64,000 nucleotides of DNA. Source: Eledone cirrhosa. Taxonomy: Eukaryota. Location of the stretch: the NCBI GenBank assembly GCA_964016885.1, contig OZ024746.1:83576001-83640000 (forward strand), given 5' to 3'. The first letter of the stretch is position 1. Each line of letters opens with the position of its first letter. The notes beneath the pieces were generated by a model. It saw only the letters and a program-made list of their open reading frames with translations. It was not told the origin of the DNA and did not search any database. Shown piece by piece: positions 1 to 11,720 of the stretch. The translations under genes were made by a program, and so were the position numbers.

Positions 1-191
1 CTCTTGGAACATTGACAAGACTATTAGTTAGATTTACACAAAAACAATTTTTTTTTTTTTTTTTTTTTCTGGTCAGGATTCTTGATTTGGATGTAGCCAT
101 GTGCATCGCTGCAGTAAGTGATAAGCTGGATATATATATATTTACATACATACACCCACATACAATTGTCTCCATTAGATATCTTACATCC

Positions 192-222
<31 letters not shown>

Positions 223-480
223 CTGAAAAGTTGATGTAAGATACATCATCATCATTATCACTATCATCATTATCACCATTTATCATTACATCCATTTTCC
301 ATGCTGGCATGGTTTGAATGGGATGTTTCGGATGCCCTTCTTGTTGCCAACCCCTTTAGTTGCCTTTTACAAACATGCAGGGGTATGGTGTACCTATTCT
401 AATACCCGGGATACACAAGGGAATACATGTATATATGGAAAAATGGATGAATATATATATGGTTGACACAGTTTCTCAAA

Positions 481-712
481 CCCTTTAGCATTTAAATTGG
501 CTATTTGGCCAGAACTATCTCATCTCTTTCTGTTCAAACCGGCTGTAACCAGCTGCTCATACTTATATTAAGATATTGTTCTTAAAATGAATAATATCAA
601 AATCTTGTAGATTTGATATTATGTGAGATTTGATATTATGTGAGATAATTATGTGAAATAAAGTTTTTACTGTGAAAAATACAATTGTAAATCTAGTGTA
701 AATGCTAAAGGG
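481..712. mobile_element. piggyBac-like MITE, family 1 (~200-230 bp)
   Basis: TIRs CCCTTTAGCATTTA / TAAATGCTAAAGGG with TTAA at the right end. The internal sequence is shared with copies at 3850, 22140, 31144, 47099 and 59893. Confidence 0.75.
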
Positions 713-1564
713 TTAACATTGGTGGAGTCCATCTTCTCTCTAAGTTTGAACACAGTTTATTTCCTTCAAAGAAAGAAAGAGTGAGAGTGATGGAGCAGAA
801 GTGAGAAATTGATGTCTTCTTCTTTCCTCTCATTCTACAAACTAAATAGCATACTAATTACAACTACAACTGTAGCAGCAGCATCAGCAGCAGCAACAAC
901 AACATACTAGTATTAGGTAAAACAGTCATGTAGACACTTGCAAATATATATAATTTCTGAATGATAGCGCATGTAATTGTGCATCTGTTTGTGTGTGTGA
1001 TTATGTATGAGTGGGTGTGCATGTGCTTTTGTGGGTGTAAACATGTTTATTTGAGTGTGTGCATGTATTTAAGCAGATCTTTCTCTGTGTGTGTGTGTAC
1101 ACATGTGTGTGTAGTAAGCATGCTTTTATTTATGTGTCTGTATATATGAGTGTGTGTAACCATGTTTGTGTGTGTGTGTGAGAGAGAGAGGGAGAGAGAG
1201 AGGAGAGGTGATGATGTTAAAGGCATATTTTCTCCTGTAAACTGTAAGTGCCAAAATATTTCTGAAAGTGTAGGTTAACTTCATCATAATCCCTGTTGCT
1301 ATTTAGAACATCTTCCATGATCTGGTTGGCTTAAGGTAATGAAACACCTTGCATTTTTGTTGCAAGATTTACTTCACTGTACACTCACCTGTTTTACTAA
1401 TGATGAATTAGTAGTGTTGGCCTATTTAAAAATAAATTTTAAAAAATCTCAGAAACACATGCAAACAAATAAAAATAGAAGCAAACAAATGAGATAATAT
1501 GAATATGAGGTATTGCTTCTCATCATTGTAGCACAATACAATTGTATAAATTTATATTTCATGG

Positions 1565-1595
<31 letters not shown>

Positions 1596-2821
1596 GTTAA
1601 CAAATTTCATACACCCAGTACATTCTGCAAAGTGGTTAATAGAAGGAAGAGTATCTAAATATGGAAAAACTGCCAAACAAAGGGTCAGAAGGATTCTTCA
1701 GTTGTCTGAGATATGACAACCTCCTTAGTGCTGGTGCTATGATAAAATGCACTCAGTAGAGCAAGGGAATCTATGTACGCGAGATGAGGGTCCTAGCCTG
1801 TCTAATCACTTGGTAGAGAGTAAGAACATATGTAAGCAAGATGCGAGTTCCCTGCTCAGTAGAGTGCAGGAACATATGTGAGATGCAGGACCAGAAAAGT
1901 CTATCTTTGCCAGCAGGGAAAACATGTTAAATGATGATAATGATGTTGATTTCAATCTGTTACAAGTAAACATTGTGTCTGTATGCTCAAGATTGGCATC
2001 TGCATCTAGTAGAGAAAGCAGATGTTAAAACGACAATGATAGTGTGTGTTCAAGAGTCATGCATACTGTTCTCCTTTCTCTTAACTAAGAGAAATTACAA
2101 TAGCTACTAGAACATCGTAGTTGCATACATTGCTCTATGGTTAAGAAGTTTGCTTCTGAACCATGAGTTTCTTAGTTCTACTCCAAGCTGCAGCATTTTG
2201 AGCTGTTGAGCTCAAGTTGATTCTGAGCCTTGTGTGTGAAATTGGGTAAATGGAAACTATGTGAAAGGCTTTTCAGATTGCTGAAACTTGATGTGTCACA
2301 AAATAATATATTTTTAAAAATCAAAAAGTATGGAGAGCTCTGCCTTAACCAATCAGCCATTTTTGCTTCAAACTAAAAGAACAAATGAGGTTATTATTAT
2401 ATTAACTGACATCCATAGAAGAAAATCACTTGCAACTCCAATATAAATAAATTTTTTTTCTAAAATCATACTTCAAAATTCATATTATGCTTGTATTTTT
2501 CTTTTCTTTTTTGTGTGTGTTAGACATTTGATATAATGGAATATTTTTCATTTCTTTGGATTATATAATACACTCACTGTTTCATTCCATCTGTGAAACT
2601 GCTTAATAGTTCCATTGTGTTCTAGTTAAATTGGAAATCTACTTCGAAAATGAAAAAAAAAAAGGTTTTTAAAATTAACTATTTACTTGTTTTTGTGTAA
2701 ATGTTTTTGCCATTTTCCTTTTTATTTTCAAAGATAACTGGCTTATACACACCTACACCACACCACACTCACACAGATTGTATATATATATATATATATA
2801 TGCGAAAATAGATGTTAAATG

Positions 2822-2869
<48 letters not shown>

Positions 2870-3342
2870 CATCATTTAACGTCTATTTTTCCATGCTTGC
2901 ATGGGTTAGAAGGGTTGTCGTGTTATGAAACCATTCAGTTCAAGAGACCACGTCTTGTTCATATGTATCTGTATTTTGACTTGGTTTCAATGACTGAATG
3001 CCCTTCCTAATGCCAACCACATTAGTGTGAACAGTTTTTTTAAATGTTTGGCAATTCCTACCTAATTTTTAGTTTAGGTACCAGAATGCACCAAAATATT
3101 TCTGATAGCATTGAAGGTTTACTTAATATGTATAAATGAATAAAATTGTTGTGGATGATGTGATGGAGGCAGTAGAAGATCATTTGAAATGGATAAAGCT
3201 ACTCAAGTATTGGTGATAAAACAGGTTATTAGACAAACAATTGCCAATTTATGTTAATGTTGAAAGCAAATATTTAAAACAATTGTGATGGTATTTTTGT
3301 TTTATATTCTTTCTTGTCAATCATCAAATCCTTTTTCCCCTC

Positions 3343-3528
3343 TAGATTTGACATTGAGCTTTCATAATTAAATTTCTTAAATTTGTTATTTAAACTTTGT
3401 ATATGATTTTATAAATGTATGTATGTATGTATGTGTGTGTGAGCGTGCACACTTATAAAATCATATACAAAGTTTAAAATAACACAAATTTAAGAAATTT
3501 AATTATGAAAGCTCAATGTCAAATCTAA
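3343..3528. repeat. Inverted repeat (~75-bp arms) around a (TATG)n/(TG)n microsatellite
   Basis: tagatttgacattgagctttcataattaaatttcttaaatttg... is mirrored by ...caaatttaagaaatttaattatgaaagctcaatgtcaaatcta. Confidence 0.85.
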
Positions 3529-3594
3529 GTGAATATATTTTGTTATTAATCATCTTATTGTTGTGTATAAGTGAGTTTTCCTATTTATTTTCAG

Positions 3595-3675
3595 TGATTT
3601 ACAGTCTGTGATAGTTATACTATGGGTAGCATTCATTACATGGAAGGACATCTTTTATCAAATATGTTGCAATTG
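3595..3675 (+). other. Candidate small exon of an unidentified host gene
   Basis: A pyrimidine-rich acceptor ttttcctatttattttcAG precedes it and a consensus donor G|GTAAGT follows. Open readings are DLQSVIVILWVAFITWKDIFYQICCN or (V)CDSYTMGSIHYMEGHLLSNMLQL. No homology recognised. Confidence 0.4.
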
Positions 3676-3849
3676 GTAAGTACTACATTAAAACAAAAAT
3701 TCTTTTTGGTATGATTATTTAACTTTCAGCTGCCAACAGAAGAGATAGGTTTTAAGAGGTTTAAAAATATATACTAAACACTGGTCACATCAGTTGAAAC
3801 GCTCTCCAATATTTTGAGAATATAACAAAGAAACATGATAGTAAATTAA

Positions 3850-4050
3850 CCCTTTAGCATTTACATTACTCTAAATATACTATTTTACTTTCATGGTAAA
3901 GGCTTTACCTTACATAATATCGAATCTGTTTTGATATTTATTTTGAGAACAATACCTTAACATCAATATGAGTGGCTAGTTATGGTCAGTTTGAACAGAA
4001 AGAGGAGGGAAGAATTCTGGCTGGATACAGCCAGTTTAAATGCTATAGGG
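3850..4050. mobile_element. piggyBac-like MITE, family 1
   Basis: TTAA|CCCTTTAGCATTTA ... TAAATGCTATAGGG|TTAA. Confidence 0.8.
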
Positions 4051-7000
4051 TTAACTCTATATTTTTAAAAAAGTTAAAAAGTTTGTCTCATGTCAATTAT
4101 AGAAATGCAAGCTATGCTGTAAGAAAATAAATTTTTATATTAATTAGAATGGTGATTGTGTATGAAAAGCTGTTGGCGGTGTGGTTAAGGAATTTGGTTT
4201 GCATCCACATGGTACTGTGTTCAATCTTCAAATTTTTGTGAGTAGAATTTGTTAGTCAGACTGTAGAAGCCCAGCATATTTATGTGTGTGTGTGTGTGTG
4301 AGTGTGTGAGAGTCTGTACGTACCTGTGTTTATGTCTTGTAACATAGCATTTTGACAAAAAGGATATCAATAAAATAAGTACCAAGCTTGAAAAAATATT
4401 TACTTGGATTGATATGATCAATTAAATAATGGCTGTGCCTCAGCACAACCACAGTCTAATGACAAGTAAAAGAATTAGAAATATCAAAAGATAAAAGCCA
4501 CTTATTTGATTTGGTGGATAGGAACTGCTGCAAATATGTGTAGATCCTTTAATGATTTAGCAGAAAATATCTAGAAATAGATTTACTAATTCAAATGTTT
4601 AAAGTATCTTTATAAGTTGACAGATCGTTGTGAAAACATGCAGTCTTAGAGTAAAGTGCTGGTTTTTTACTTTTCGAGAGTGTCCTTGCTAATGCTGTTT
4701 CATGTAGTACATGAGCACATGATGTTAAGAGTGAAGTATAAAGTAATGGCTTATAGTTGAAATTTGTCAATTGTCTTTGAGATACATTGAATTAGCATCT
4801 CCCCATCAATCAATGATATTTAACTGCTTTTAAGACATTCTGAGATGGTTGCACTCTTCTCCATTGAAACACAAATAGTACTTTATTAGAATATATCAAT
4901 ATAACAACTGCTGGCAAAGTTTCCCATTGAATACCTCCTGAGCATAATTGATTACACTGGCAATTAGTTTATAAAATGGTCCCTTAATTGATTTTAAAAC
5001 TGTTTATCTCAGGAATTATTGAAGTGCTGGGTAGTTTGAAATTTGAAAATGTGGGAATCACAAATGCAGAAAAATTTTGATTGCTATAAATAATAGCTTA
5101 GAAAATCAGGTCAAAGTTTTTCCATCCCTAGGGGCATTTTATCCAATTTTTTAAGCTATTATTTATAATGATTGACTGTTATTCTATTTTCCTGTTTGGG
5201 ATTCCCACATTTTCAAACTATTATTTATCTATATTTTTTTAATTCTTTTTTGTTACTCTGTTTGAAAGAAATTGTGTTTATTCTTATCAAATGTTCAAAA
5301 CTAATCAGCCTATGATAAGGAGAGAAGTGGTGGAAGAAATAATTACATGGTTTTTTTTTTTATAACAGTATTGTCAAATATGTCACATGTGTGCTTTTTA
5401 TAACAGTATTGTCAAATATATGTCACATGTGTGCTTGGATTTGTTTAATGTACAGTATCCTTAATATATGCTCTTCAGAAATGGATTTTACTGTGGAAGC
5501 AATGGAACTATACTAGGATGTCTTCAACTGGCTTTCATTTTCTTGTGTGGATCTTCTTAAATACAACTGGTTTTCTTTAATATTCCATGAATTACACCTG
5601 TGTTTATCTAATTTTGCAATTGTATTACTTTCATCTATTATATTGCCATTCAATTATTGCTGTATAACATATCGTTTTCAGAATCATCTTTATATAATAT
5701 AATGTATCATTTCCATCATCTTTGAACAGAACACTTTTAAGTGTGCTAGATTTGAATGAAACAGGTTCAATGGATATACAAACAATTGTATCTTTACTTG
5801 TATAATATTATTTCTAGCTATTGTTATCAAAAGATTCTTCTCTCTTGTATAATTTAAGTTATTTTATTGTAATATTTCAGAACTTCACTTTTGGTATTAA
5901 ATAATAGTTTACCAGATGTATTCTTCCTGGAAAAAAAAAAAGCTAACCACTTCTCCTCATGAATTTTCTTTCCCTTTGTTTTGAATTGCGTGTGTACCTT
6001 ATGTATTTCACAAGTTAGACATCAGGTTTACAACAACTACACTGTATCCATTCATGTTGTAAGAAGCAACTAAAAGGGTTGGCACCAGGAAAGGCATGAA
6101 GCTGTAAAACATTTCCTTAAATGTTTCCATAAAGACTTAGAGAGGCTAGCCTCTCTAAGTCTTGCTTTAGCAGGGGAAATAGCCTTAAAATGTTTGTTGT
6201 AGATAGGCAACCAGCATTTGTAATATTACAATCTCTTTTCTTGATTTTATTTTATTTATTTATTTTTTTTTTTTTTTGCAAATTTTTTAATAGGTTTTCT
6301 TTACTATTTTTGTTATCTTCTGATGATATCCATAGTTACTTTTTATTGTTTTACATTCATCTGGGTGTTTCTCCTATTGCTAACTTTTCGATTAAGAAGC
6401 AAGAATGGATCCTATTTTTTGTTAGTCAGGTTTATGGGTACAATTACTGGTCTTACACAATAGCTATATTGAGATTAAAAAGTTATGGTCATATATTTAT
6501 CAGTCTAATATATTAATCAGAGATTGTGAAAAATAATTTTTTTTTCTTTCTTGCAGCTAAATTTATCCCTTTTATAATCATATTTCTAATGAAATGTTCT
6601 ATTCTTGTATTACAAAGAATTTCAAAAATACAAAGAATTTGGAATTATTTCATAAACTAAATGACCTTTTTTGTGGTGTTAAAAATGTACTTCAATGAAA
6701 GAGTTCTTTCTTAAAATTCTAATAGAATGGTTTGATTTAAATATGAGCATTACAATTTGAGGTTTTATATTATAAAACTATATTACTTCAGGAGGGTTTG
6801 TATGAAAAGGGTTAATCTTCATATAATTATTGTTCCCTAATATAGTCTACATGACTGTTAGTTAAGGGGTTTTACCTCTATCAACCTACATTTCTTATTC
6901 TTTCTGAATATGTCTAAGGACTCCTGTCAGCTTTGGAGACATTTCTTAATAGATTCAGCTAAAATATGCTTCTAGAATATTCTCTTTTCTAGTAAAGAAC

Positions 7001-8550
7001 AGCAGAGTAGCCATATATAATTCATTTGATTTCTGGCTTAGATTCTACTTTAGCTTATACTGTTGATTTTCATTGATATAAGTAATTCTTTTTTTTTTGT
7101 TTTAAAATGTTTATTTTATTTTATCGTTGTCTGAGAACTTTAGTTGAGACTGGTTAGTTTACATTTTCAAATAAATGGGGACAGCACATGAAAGAAAGAA
7201 TAATTTCTTAACATTTCTGGGCTTTATTTTCACTATTGTTAATGACCACCCATCTATACCTTACCTCACCCAATTAGTAGAATGGGAACACCCTCTGGCA
7301 ACCATTTGTAGTGTCAAATAATAAAAATATAAACAAAATAAAATAAAATAAATAAACGTGTACTTCAATCTGTTATTGTTTGGGGAACACCCAATCTATT
7401 CTTGAAGCTCCTATCTAGCTACAGTTGATAAATAAAATTTCAATCTTCTACTGGGGTCATTTTTTTTTTCTTTTTATCCATCTCCATTATTCTCTCACCC
7501 CCTTTCTCCATCATTAAATTGGCTGTGCTTCGACCTGGAGTGTTGTTAGAGCATCAGAATTCTTTGTGGTATTCCTTCCAATTCTTGAAAATCATATTCT
7601 GTTGACTTCCATCCCTTTAGGGTTAACAAATAAAATACCAATCTAGTACAGGAGTTTTTCTTTATTGACATCTCTATTGTTTTCTGTCTCTTTTCCATAA
7701 TTAAATTAGCTGCAGTCAGACCTAGAGAAGGTTGTGTTCTGCCAGGGTATAAAGTGCCTAAGTCACACCATATGTTACAACAGCACTCATATGACTCCAC
7801 CAGGAGTTAATGTCCCGAGACCAGACAAGTTAATGTTCTTGCCATCTTTTTCATTTGTGCTTATAGATGTTTTTCGTTTTGGTATTCATATTGTTGGATT
7901 ACAAATTTCCTGGTATGCTTATATGATTGTTCAGTAACTTGAAAAACAAATGTTTGTAAATACTTCAAATATATAAATCATATATTGATGGTGTCTAAGA
8001 TTTCACCCAATTTGATGTGAGATTTAGTACCTTTCACTTTGATATTGATTTTCATCATCATCATCATCATCATCGTTTAACGTCCATTTTCCACGCTAGC
8101 ATGGGTTAGACGGGAGTTGTCCCACTTGAGGCAAGGTAGGTCAGGTGACCGTGTCTCGCTCATTTCTTTTTTAAAATTTGAGAACGATGTAATATAGCTT
8201 CACAAATTCTTGTCTTCACTCAAGAAATGGCTAAAAGTTGGCACAGATCTTTGCAACATGGAGCTGTAGATATGACATTACTTCAGTTACACATTGGTGT
8301 TTTATCGTAACTTATACTTGTTCAGAGCCTTAACGCGAGTAGACCTTGATGTGAAATGAGAAAGTGATGAAGCCTCCCTTGCTTTACAATCAGAGCCCTT
8401 CGGAAACATTTCAGAATAGTCAGAACCTTCCACCCCATATTTGGTGTCATTAACTGATACACGTTGGCTAAAGCAATGACGATTTCTTCAAATTTGCTTT
8501 CTTGAATTTTGATTTCTTCTATTTCATTATCCATTGTCAAATGAGAACTG

Positions 8551-9610
8551 AAAATAACTTTCACTGAGCTGTTATGAGATAACTTTCACTGAGCTGTTAT
8601 GAGATAACTTTCACTGAGCTGTTATAAAATAACTTTCACTGAGCTGTTATGAGATAACTTTCACTGAGCTGTTATAAAATAACTTTCACTGAGCTGTTAT
8701 AAAATAACTTTCACTGAGCTGTTATAAAATAACTTTCACTGAGCTGTTATGAGATAACTTTCACTGAGCTGTTATGAGATAACTTTCACTGAGCTGTTAT
8801 AAAATAACTTTCACTGAGCTGTTATAAAATAACTTTCACTGAGCTGTTATAAAATAACTTTCACTGAGCTGTTATAAAATAACTTTCACTGAGCTGTTAT
8901 AAAATAACTTTCACTGAGCTGTTATAAAATAACTTTCACTGAGCTGTTATGAGATAACTTTCACTGAGCTGTTATAAAATAACTTTCACTGAGCTGTTAT
9001 AAAATAACTTTCACTGAGCTGTTATAAAATAACTTTCACTGAGCTGTTATGAGATAACTTTCACTGAGCTGTTATAAAATAACTTTCACTGAGCTGTTAT
9101 AAAATAACTTTCACTGAGCTGTTATAAAATAACTTTCACTGAGCTGTTATAAAATAACTTTCACTGAGCTGTTATAAAATAACTTTCACTGAGCTGTTAT
9201 AAAATAACTTTCACTGAGCTGTTATAAAATAACTTTCACTGAGCTGTTATAAAATAACTTTCACTGAGCTGTTATAAAATAACTTTCACTGAGCTGTTAT
9301 AAAATAACTTTCACTGAGCTGTTATAAAATAACTTTCACTGAGCTGTTATAAAATAACTTTCACTGAGCTGTTATAAAATAACTTTCACTGAGCTGTTAT
9401 GAGATAACTTTCACTGAGCTGTTATAAAATAACTTTCACTGAGCTGTTATAAAATAACTTTCACTGAGCTGTTATAAAATAACTTACTCTGAGCTGTTAT
9501 AAAATATCTTTCATTAAGCTATAAAGAGATGACTTTCTCTGAACTGTAAAGAAATTACTTTCAATAAAGCTGTAAAGAAGTGTTGCTTTCTCTGAACTGT
9601 TATAAAATGA
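8551..9610. repeat. 25-bp tandem minisatellite, ~38 near-perfect units, degenerate after ~9500
   Basis: Unit AACTTTCACTGAGCTGTTAT(AAAAT/GAGAT). There are two variants and no unique spacers. Confidence 0.97.
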
Positions 9611-9869
9611 CGTTCTCTTAACTGTTAGTTTGCATATTTTTAGACACATGTCCATTATGATGTCATAAGCTAAAGAAACATTATTGGCTTATGTGTGTGC
9701 ATGTTTGTGTAATGAAATTATTCTTTGAAAACTTCACTAGATATTAAATTATATAATTCATTGATTGTACTCTATCTTTGAAAGTTACAGTTTTTATGGT
9801 TTTACTTTGGTCAAGTTTAATAAAATCCAATAATGTAGTTATCCTGGTATATACTATTGTTATTGTTGC

Positions 9870-11720
9870 TCTTTTACTTTTTATTTCTTGTGTAAACTTC
9901 ACAACTATCGTATGGACGAAGACTGCGGCTTTAATGTGGATATAAGTTGTAATGATGAAAGAATGGTATTTAACTAATGTATTGGTATGCGATGGGGCCC
10001 ACCCACAGCCCCGGCGGACAGAATGGAGAAGGCGTTTCACCGGAGGACGGCAAGGGAGACGCGCTGGAAAAGCCACTCCAACTCGCGGGGCTCACACCTG
10101 CGGCTGGCCAGCTCAGCGCCTATGGTGGTGAGTAAGGAGGTGGCCGAGGACACCAGAAGTTTCCACTGCCAGGGGAACGACCGCAAACCTGTCGGAGAGC
10201 GACCGACCGATTGAAGGTCTTGGCAGACCGTCCGTACGGGCCCGCCCAATGTAGCATCATCCAGATACCAAATGTTGAGAGGGGCCGTGATACTCCAGGC
10301 GATGTGGTTAATACCAAGGGCGAACAGGAGGGGTCCCAAAGGGTCGCTCGTTGGACCCCAGTAGCCGAGGGTATGACCGTATCAGCAGCTAGGAGCATGC
10401 TCGGGGCTCCATATGACAAGTAGGCCAGTGGGTAGGCAGAGGTGGCTCCGCTGAGGCAGGCCTCGAGCAGATGATACCGGCGTAAAGAGTTAAAGGCATT
10501 CCTCATGTCAAGCTTGACAATGAGGTGCCTGGAGTCCCTGGATGCTGGTACCGATGGGCAGCTGCTGAAGAACTGCCTGATTGCATGAGAGGCTCCCTCA
10601 CAGCCACCGGACACACCGACACCCAGTTGCACCGGACTAAACTCCTCACCCAGTTGGTGTGTGACGGACTTGCAGATCACCTTGGCAGCCAGCTTCCGGA
10701 AGACATTGCCCACAGCAATGGGGCGTATGCCACCCTCTTTCTTTCTGAGAGCGGTGAGGCTGGCCGAAAAAAAGAGGCCTCGGGCGTAAGGGTCGAGGGC
10801 ACCATGAATGAGCCTACTGGTCAGCGCCACAATTGCACTCAGAAGGCGGCACCCGGCCTCAGCGGAGAGGGGGGATGTCAACTCCTTGAGGTGGCCCCGT
10901 CAGAGACCATCAACACCTCCGCAGCTGCTAGCTGGGAAGGACCTGATGGCGGACATGATATCTGCATCAGTAGCCACAAGGAGCAGGTGGGGGTATGGGT
11001 CTGAGATCAGTGGGTGGCTCAGGGTGTTTGAGCCGCAGAGCAGCCATGATCTCCTCGGTGGGTTGGAGGACAGTGTCCTCTGAGGCAACAACTCTGACTG
11101 CGGCCGAGACATCACCCATGATAAGCTTTGTGTTTACCTGGTCATGCAAACGCTTGGCGATGGCCTGGCGGGTGGAGGATAGGGGGTACCTGAGGGTGGG
11201 GTGTGTGGCATTCCTGGGCACGTTTGGAATGGGGCTCGCCCAAATGACGAGACATTGGCCTTGACGAAGGCTGCTGTTGACCGGCCGCCCCGGTCAGCGC
11301 CAGAGCTGGGGAGGCCGAGGGCGAGTGTGGCGAAATAGAACAGCCGCTCCCAGTCACTGGCTCAATTGGAGTCCAGGGCGCTCTCAATCGAGGAAGCGAG
11401 GGCATTGGCTACCGGCACCCGTGCCGCTCTTGGGATCCTGAGTGGGATCTTCAGGAGCCGCCTGAGCCGAGCGATGTTGACCAGCAAGGCTCGGGCATCA
11501 GGAAAGCTCGCTGTCCCATCTGGTGGTGTGCCAGACAGCCGTGGCTGGGAAGACGTGGGGAAGAGGCAGCTCCTGCACCTTCACGCTGCGAGGGCATTGG
11601 AAGCTCGACGAGTCAAGCCAATGCAGGTGAGGTGGTGGAAGCAGCCGCAGCCCAAACAGTTCCGGCCCCTCTTCCGTCATGATGAAATTTTTATGTTTTT
11701 AAAGACACCACACAACAAGA
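9870..11720 (-). mobile_element. Decayed, internally deleted CRE/NeSL-type (RLE-endonuclease) non-LTR retrotransposon
   Basis: GC-rich island. RT motifs: LRKKEGGIRPIAVGNVFRKLAAK, QLGVGVSGGCEG, IVKLDMRNAFNS, GVQ(frameshift)..MGPLLF, WYLDDATLGG. C-terminal RLE-region motifs: FAVVPLAVETSGVLG and WLFQRVSLAVLR*NA. Several stops and frameshifts. AATAAA plus an A-rich tract lies near 9870-9890 on the minus strand. Confidence 0.88.

Noticed and set aside
7540-8540. Degenerate coding-like fragments on the minus strand
   Set aside because: Possibly old transposon remnants, but no diagnostic motif could be identified.
8551-9500. CRISPR-like array
   Set aside because: Units are head-to-tail with no unique spacers, there are no cas genes and the context is eukaryotic.
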